DNA of 64,000 nucleotides, taken from contig JBAXTN010000007.1 of NCBI GenBank assembly GCA_037130175.1, positions 15,946 to 79,945 on the forward strand, read 5' to 3'. Below the pieces are notes generated by a model, which was not told the origin of the DNA, searched no databases, and saw only the letters and a program-made list of their open reading frames with translations. The stretch comes from a bacterium. GTDB taxonomy: Bacteria; Verrucomicrobiota; Verrucomicrobiia; Chthoniobacterales; UBA6821. Made by a program: the position numbers and the translations under genes. Every line of letters starts with the position of its first letter. Position 1 is the stretch's first letter. Shown here in pieces: positions 57,034 to 64,000 of the stretch.

Positions 57034-58443
57034 TCAGTTAATGCCGAAAACCTTTCGGGCGTCGGTGACTTCGCCCGAGAGGGCTGCGGCCGCCACCATG
57101 AGCGGGCTCATCAACATGGTGCGTCCGGTGGGACTCCCTTGGCGACCTTTGAAGTTGCGGTTACTGGAACTGGCGCATAGCTGATCCCCGACAAGCTTGT
57201 CGGGATTCATCCCCAGACACATGGAGCAACCGGCTCCCCGCCACTCAAATCCGGCTTCGCGAAAGATCTCGGCCAATCCCATTTTCTCGGCGATGGCTGC
57301 AACTCCCTGCGATCCGGGGACGACGATTGCCTTCACATGAGGGGCGACCTTGTGGCCTCGGATGTATTTGGCGACCTCCTGAAGATCAGAGAGACGCCCG
57401 TTGGTGCAACTACCGAGGAAGGCCACATCAATCTTGAGCCCGATGACCGGAGTGCCCGAGGAGACCTTCATATGCTCGATGGCCTCGATCGCCGTAGCGC
57501 GATCTTTCTCAGGGAGGGCTTCGGGATAGGGGATGGCCTCGTCGATGAAGACTGCCTGTGCCGGAGTGATGCCCCAAGTGACGGTGGGCAGGATATCCTC
57601 AGCTTTGAAATAGACCACATCGTCATAGACACAATCAGGGTCGGAGGCCGTGGCCTTCCAGCGGGCCACGGAGGCATCCCACTCGGCCCCTTTGGGCGAG
57701 TAGGGACGACCACGAAGATACTCAAAGGTGGTCTCGTCAGGATTCACATAACCGACACGGGCACCACCTTCGATGGCCATATTGCAGACGGTCATGCGCT
57801 CTTCCTGAGTGAAGTTGTCAAAGGTCGAGCCACCATATTCATACGCGTAGCCGATACCACCATTCACACCAAGGTGTCGGATGATGTGCAGGGTGACATC
57901 CTTTGCATAGACACCTGGGGCGAGCTTGCCATCAACATTGATTCGGCGCACCTTGGGCTTGCTGATCGCCATCGTCTGGGTTGCCAGCACATCGCGAACT
58001 TGGCTTGTCCCGATGCCGAAGGCAATCGCGCCAAAGGCTCCGTGAGTGGAGGTGTGGGAATCGCCGCAGGCAATGGTCGTTCCCGGTTGAGTGATGCCTT
58101 GCTCGGGGCCTACGATGTGGACGATCCCTTGATTGCCGCTTGGCAGATCAAAGAAAGTCACACCCGTTTCAGCACAGTTCTTGCGCAGCTCCTTGACCAT
58201 TGCATCGGCGAGGGGATCGGAGAATGGTTCCGCGCGTTGATCCGTGGGAACGATATGATCGACCGTGGCAAAGGTTCGATTGGGATAGAGCACCTTGAGG
58301 CCAAGATCACGAAGCATTCCAAAAGCTTGCGGGCTCGTGACCTCGTGAATGAGATGCGTACCGATCAGAAGTTGAGTCCGTCCGTCAGGGAGAGTGCGAA
58401 CAGTGTGTTCGTCCCAGACCTTATCAAGAAGCGTTTTACCCAT
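57034..58443 (-). CDS. leuC: 3-isopropylmalate dehydratase large subunit
   Basis: 469 aa with [21 protein letters not shown] and GSCTNGR. Confidence 0.96.
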   Translation of the reverse strand: MGKTLLDKVWDEHTVRTLPDGRTQLLIGTHLIHEVTSPQAFGMLRDLGLKVLYPNRTFATVDHIVPTDQRAEPFSDPLADAMVKELRKNCAETGVTFFDLPSGNQGIVHIVGPEQGITQPGTTIACGDSHTSTHGAFGAIAFGIGTSQVRDVLATQTMAISKPKVRRINVDGKLAPGVYAKDVTLHIIRHLGVNGGIGYAYEYGGSTFDNFTQEERMTVCNMAIEGGARVGYVNPDETTFEYLRGRPYSPKGAEWDASVARWKATASDPDCVYDDVVYFKAEDILPTVTWGITPAQAVFIDEAIPYPEALPEKDRATAIEAIEHMKVSSGTPVIGLKIDVAFLGSCTNGRLSDLQEVAKYIRGHKVAPHVKAIVVPGSQGVAAIAEKMGLAEIFREAGFEWRGAGCSMCLGMNPDKLVGDQLCASSSNRNFKGRQGSPTGRTMLMSPLMVAAAALSGEVTDARKVFGIN

Positions 58444-58466
58444 AGCCTTTCAACTCTAGCTCATGA

Positions 58467-60748
<2,282 letters not shown>

Positions 60749-60749
<1 letters not shown>

Positions 60750-61081
60750 TGTCAAAATTAGCCTGTCCCGAATGCACCATGGAAGAGGTGCTCGAACACC
60801 CCACAAAATGGGAATGCGTCACCTGCGGCTTTGAGTGGCCTAAGGAAGAGGAAGCCTCTGTTCCCGATGGCCCTCGCGTGGTGAAAGATGCCTATGGCAC
60901 TGTGCTGGCAGACGGCGATTGTGTGACACTTATTAAGGATCTCAAACTCGGCGGCACTTCCGTGCTGAAAGGGGGCTCCAAGTCCAAGCCGATCAGACTA
61001 GGGGAGGGAGATCATGAAATTTCCTGCAAGGTGGATGGGATTTCTGTTGGCTTAAAAGCCTGCTTCGTAAAAAAGGCGTAG
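60749..61081 (+). CDS. yjdM: Zinc-ribbon PhnA/YjdM-family protein
   Basis: 110 aa. N-terminal CPECx(n)CVTC zinc ribbon and a C-terminal VKDAYGTVLADGDCVTLIKDLK...KACFVKK domain. Its ATG overlaps the icd stop (TAATG). Confidence 0.88.
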
Positions 61082-61087
61082 GTTTTG

Positions 61088-61132
61088 GCGGCTAGCGGCG
61101 TCGGGCTGCTCTTGCCGTAGGATTACTACGGC
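61088..61132. repeat. REP-like hairpin repeat, copy B1 (CCGTAG-GATTA-CTACGG)
   Basis: Lies in the 222-nt gap between the convergent yjdM and rsgA genes. CTGCTCTTGCCGTAGGATTACTACGGC resembles CTGCTAGCTCGGCGTAGGACTACTACGCC at 2926..2954. Confidence 0.5.
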
Positions 61133-61204
61133 TGACGCTTGCCCGCCTTGCTACCCATCCAAAATACTACATTTTTTGAAATGACAGGGGAATTCCAGCA
61201 CGAG

Positions 61205-61239
61205 GCGGCGTTACTGCTAGTTCGGCTTAGGACTACCGG
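61205..61239. repeat. REP-like repeat, copy B2
   Basis: GCGGCGTTACTGCTAGTTCGGCTTAGGACTAC matches 2917..2948 at 28/32 positions. Confidence 0.55.
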
Positions 61240-61303
61240 AAGAAATGCCTTGTTTAGCTGGAGAGGTGGGTGTCTTCGGATTTCTCGTTGAATTTCTGCA
61301 TTC

Positions 61304-62392
61304 CTACTCTTCCTCGGCTCGGTTGCACGCAGCGTCGTATCTGCGTGGTTTGTTCGTTTTTTGCCGATCCCTTCGTTCGAGCGTCATCCGTCGTTTTTCA
61401 CGGCTGAGGCGGAGTTTTTTAATTTCCTCTTCCAGCTTGAGAAAACCCTCGAGTCGAGAGGGCTCCATGCGCCCTTCGGCCATTGCCGCACGGATTGCAC
61501 AGCCTGCGTGGGGGCCATGGCGGCAGTCGTCGAAGCGACAGTTTTGGGCCAGTTCCTCGATGTCGGCAAACTGCTCGCGGAGAGTCGTCTCATCTGTCCA
61601 CATATGGACTTCACGGATGCCTGGATTGTCGATGATGATCCCGCCTTTTCGCAGCACCATCAGTTCACGAGCCGTCGTGGTGTGTCGTCCCTTGCCGGTG
61701 ATTTCGTTGACCTCGTCGGTCCACTGAAATTCCCCTCCGAGGAGGTGATTGATGACCGAGGATTTTCCCGTGCCACTGGATCCGATGAAGGTGATCGAAA
61801 TACCTGGTTTGAGATAAGATTTGAGCGCATTCAGAGAGTTTTTTTTCTTGAGGCTGGTGATATGGACTTCCGCATCCGGATTCTGCGCTCGGATAGTTTC
61901 TGCAGCCGTCTGGTTCTCCTCGTCGGAATAAAGGTCGGCTTTGTTGACCAAGACCACCGCTTTTGCCCGGCTGCGGCCAATGATTGCGAAATACCGTTCC
62001 ATCCGACGGAGATTGAAATCGGGACCCGCTTCGGTGACCACGACCACGACCTGGATGTTGGCGGCGATCACCTGCTCTTCCATACGCTTCCCGGACATTT
62101 TCCTTGAGAAGCAGGTTTGTCTGGAGAGTCTTGCACGGATGACATGCTCGTTGTTCTCATCTCCGATTTCCAACGCCACCCAATCTCCAACGGCGGGAAG
62201 TTCCGCGTCTGTTGCGGCATCATGGTACACCTTTCCACCCATCACGACTTCCACCTCACGACCATCCCCCAATAAGGCCCCATAGGTGATTTTGTTATCA
62301 CGAATCAGACGAGCTGGATGCCATCCTTTATCGAGGAATGGGGAGAATTCCTGGGCAAAACCCTCATTCCAGCCAAGATCTTCGAGCTTCAT
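61304..62392 (-). CDS. rsgA: Ribosome small-subunit-dependent GTPase A
   Basis: 362 aa with a circularly permuted GTPase (VLVNKADL precedes GSSGTGKSSVIN) and a C-terminal zinc motif CRFDDCRHGPHAGC. Confidence 0.92.
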   Translation of the reverse strand: MKLEDLGWNEGFAQEFSPFLDKGWHPARLIRDNKITYGALLGDGREVEVVMGGKVYHDAATDAELPAVGDWVALEIGDENNEHVIRARLSRQTCFSRKMSGKRMEEQVIAANIQVVVVVTEAGPDFNLRRMERYFAIIGRSRAKAVVLVNKADLYSDEENQTAAETIRAQNPDAEVHITSLKKKNSLNALKSYLKPGISITFIGSSGTGKSSVINHLLGGEFQWTDEVNEITGKGRHTTTARELMVLRKGGIIIDNPGIREVHMWTDETTLREQFADIEELAQNCRFDDCRHGPHAGCAIRAAMAEGRMEPSRLEGFLKLEEEIKKLRLSREKRRMTLERRDRQKTNKPRRYDAACNRAEEE

Positions 62393-62416
62393 GAAGAGGT
62401 CTTTGATCTCTACAAC

Positions 62417-63016
62417 TCAGCGGTTTTCGGTGATCGCAGAATCAATCAGATCGAGGATATCCGAACGTCCCTGACTCTCCTTTGTAGAACTCAGGACATA
62501 GGCAGGCTCTTCTTGAGTTATTTCACGCATGCGGATCAGGAATGCCTCGATATTTTTCTTAACTGCGCTCTTCGAGAGTTTGTCTATTTTAGTGAAAATG
62601 AGGATGAATGCCCGCCCGATTCCTACCATCCATGTGAGGAATTCCAGATCCAAATTTTGGGGCGTGAGCCGAGAATCAATCAGCACGAAGGTACCGAGGA
62701 GGTTAGGGCGATTTTGCAGGTAGTCTGAAACGAAGGCGGTGAAGGCACCACGCGCCGTCTTACCGACCTTTGCATAGCCGTAACCGGGAAGATCCACCAA
62801 AGTCCAGGTGTTATTGATCGTGAAAAAGTTGATCAGCTGCGTTTTGCCAGGGATCTGCGAAACCTTTGCCAGTCCGTCCGAAAGGGTCAGCATGTTGATG
62901 AGTGACGATTTCCCTACATTCGAGCGACCAATGAGCGCAAATTCTGGCATTGCTGATTTTGGGCACGAGGCCAGATTGGGAAAACTGGACTGAAAGACCG
63001 CAGTGGTGATCTTCAT
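62417..63016 (-). CDS. engB: Ribosome biogenesis GTP-binding protein EngB/YsxC/YihA
   Basis: 199 aa with GRSNVGKSSLIN, DLPGYGYAKV and TKIDKL. Confidence 0.93.
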   Translation of the reverse strand: MKITTAVFQSSFPNLASCPKSAMPEFALIGRSNVGKSSLINMLTLSDGLAKVSQIPGKTQLINFFTINNTWTLVDLPGYGYAKVGKTARGAFTAFVSDYLQNRPNLLGTFVLIDSRLTPQNLDLEFLTWMVGIGRAFILIFTKIDKLSKSAVKKNIEAFLIRMREITQEEPAYVLSSTKESQGRSDILDLIDSAITENR

Positions 63017-63330
63017 GACTTGCGCTGTTGGTAAGCTGCTGGAATAGGTTTTTTTACCCGATAGCCGGGCGTGGCCAGAATCTCCACATAAACTTCGGCT
63101 GCTTCTCCAAGTGCCACACTATCAAGTGCCTTTGGGACATCGGACAGCGGGGTCTGGGTGGCAGTTCCGCTATCAGATCCGATCTTGCAGGCAAAATCCC
63201 AGAAATCAACCTCCTGAGGCAAGGTCTTCCTCCTCTCCCTCTTCACATACTTTGTGAGTTCGAGCTTGATGGCCTCCATGACCCGCAGGTCTTCCTTGCC
63301 CGGAAGGTGTAGTGAAAAAGTCTTTTTCAT
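63013..63330 (-). CDS. Small basic hypothetical protein coupled to engB
   Basis: 105 aa beginning MKKTFSLHLPGKEDL...KYVKRERRKTLPQEVDFWDF. Its stop overlaps the engB start (ATGA). I have a vague recollection of a DUF family with this N-terminus, which I could not verify. Confidence 0.62.
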   Translation of the reverse strand: MKKTFSLHLPGKEDLRVMEAIKLELTKYVKRERRKTLPQEVDFWDFACKIGSDSGTATQTPLSDVPKALDSVALGEAAEVYVEILATPGYRVKKPIPAAYQQRKS

Positions 63331-63387
63331 GAGTTGTGGAGCCTAGCACACCCTTCGCACCGCTCGTGATATAATTTCCTCCGGCCT

Positions 63388-64000
63388 CTACTTCCCATAG
63401 GCCTCGACGAGTCCATCGGCGACGGCGTTGGCATATTCTCGATAGATGCTGATGCGTTCTTTTCCTGCGATGGGGCGAGTTCCTTCATAATCGCCAGCGA
63501 GGAGGCGAATAAGGGTTTCCTCCTGATTCATGAAGTAGGGTTCGGTCACGACAACAGGGCCGTCATGTTCACGGCTCAGGAGCATATTTCGGGCGACGAC
63601 ATAAGGATCCTCGACGATCGATCGGGTGCTCCAGCTATTCCCATAATGAACCGGCGGAAATCCCGTGGCCGCGTTGAGGCTTTTGGAAATGGCATGAGCG
63701 ACACGGATTTCCATGGGTGTGACATCCCGGAAAAGTTTTGTCAGGAGTCGGAGGCGTTGCCGGGGATCATTGTTGATTTCCTTGGCTGTGTAAGCACCGG
63801 AAATGAAAAGAATGTTGCGGTTGATCTTTGGAAAATTATTACGGTGCCGTGCAGAGGTCGCATCAAACTGGAGAACGATGGTGATGTCGGGTATCATGGC
63901 AGCCCTGGTTTTTTCGGCTCGGGCTCTCGCCTCAAGATTCTTGGTGAGCAGAACCTCCGCGACTATCCGTTGATACATCGGGGATGTTTGCCTCACATTC
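63388..64000 (-). CDS. N-acetylmuramoyl-L-alanine amidase-like protein (Amidase_3-like C-terminal part; 5' end probably outside the window)
   Basis: The frame stays open to the window edge; the ORF-track start is a GTG at 63996. The C-terminal blocks VARNMLLSREHDGPVVVTEPYFMNQEE and YANAVADGLVEAY resemble Amidase_3. Confidence 0.55.
   Translation of the reverse strand, partial: NVRQTSPMYQRIVAEVLLTKNLEARARAEKTRAAMIPDITIVLQFDATSARHRNNFPKINRNILFISGAYTAKEINNDPRQRLRLLTKLFRDVTPMEIRVAHAISKSLNAATGFPPVHYGNSWSTRSIVEDPYVVARNMLLSREHDGPVVVTEPYFMNQEETLIRLLAGDYEGTRPIAGKERISIYREYANAVADGLVEAYGK

Overview
This is a dense, mostly housekeeping chromosomal segment with about 60 protein genes and one tRNA. I recognise no rRNA, CRISPR array, transposase, integrase or phage genes. 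In order, the window holds: typA; a yebC-like gene; a BFN-domain protein; a gamma-CA-like protein; HU; mdh-fumC (overlapping); an orphan nuoD; tRNA-Met(CAT); an ECF sigma / anti-sigma / HtrA-like operon; sdhCAB; a tiny PEP-CTERM peptide gene facing a three-gene exosortase module; iscA-hscB-hscA; a serine hydrolase; a TPR protein; fbaB; ilvN-ilvC; HAD; EamA. Next comes a secreted glycan-degradation cluster (two beta-helix proteins and two tandem GH95-like paralogs), followed by two LTXXQ-module periplasmic proteins; lgt; MgtC/DUF4010; purS-purQ-purL; an M42 peptidase; an MFS transporter; two unknown secreted proteins with phoH and a 7TM-HD protein; rfaE1-gmhB-kdsB; HIT; nrdR plus a coupled unknown gene; FIST plus a hybrid histidine kinase; leuCD; monomeric icd with yjdM; rsgA; engB; and a partial amidase-like gene. 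My taxonomic guess, by inference only, is a PVC/Verrucomicrobiota-like Gram-negative. I see no classical defence or mobile system. The best-supported unusual items are: (1) an ECF sigma/anti-sigma operon whose third gene is a secreted PDZ-bearing HtrA homolog with all three catalytic-triad positions apparently substituted; (2) an exosortase module split into three genes, sitting alone among housekeeping genes next to an 82-aa PEP-CTERM precursor whose mature part is essentially a (Gly-Asn)n peptide encoded by a hexanucleotide tandem repeat; (3) tandem GH95-like paralogs with a sharply bounded gene-conversion tract, inside an A+T-richer sub-block that also encodes a beta-helix enzyme fused to a C-terminal PDZ; (4) a ~60-aa LTXXQ...KADPSxxPIL module present three times across two overlapping genes; (5) an NrdR box on the nrdR promoter itself, with nrdR translationally coupled to an unknown 187-aa protein; (6) a ~260-nt GC-rich, hairpin-dense noncoding block and a related REP-like hairpin family in convergent-gene gaps. 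All functional calls come from reading the translated ORFs and recalled family motifs. No database search was run.
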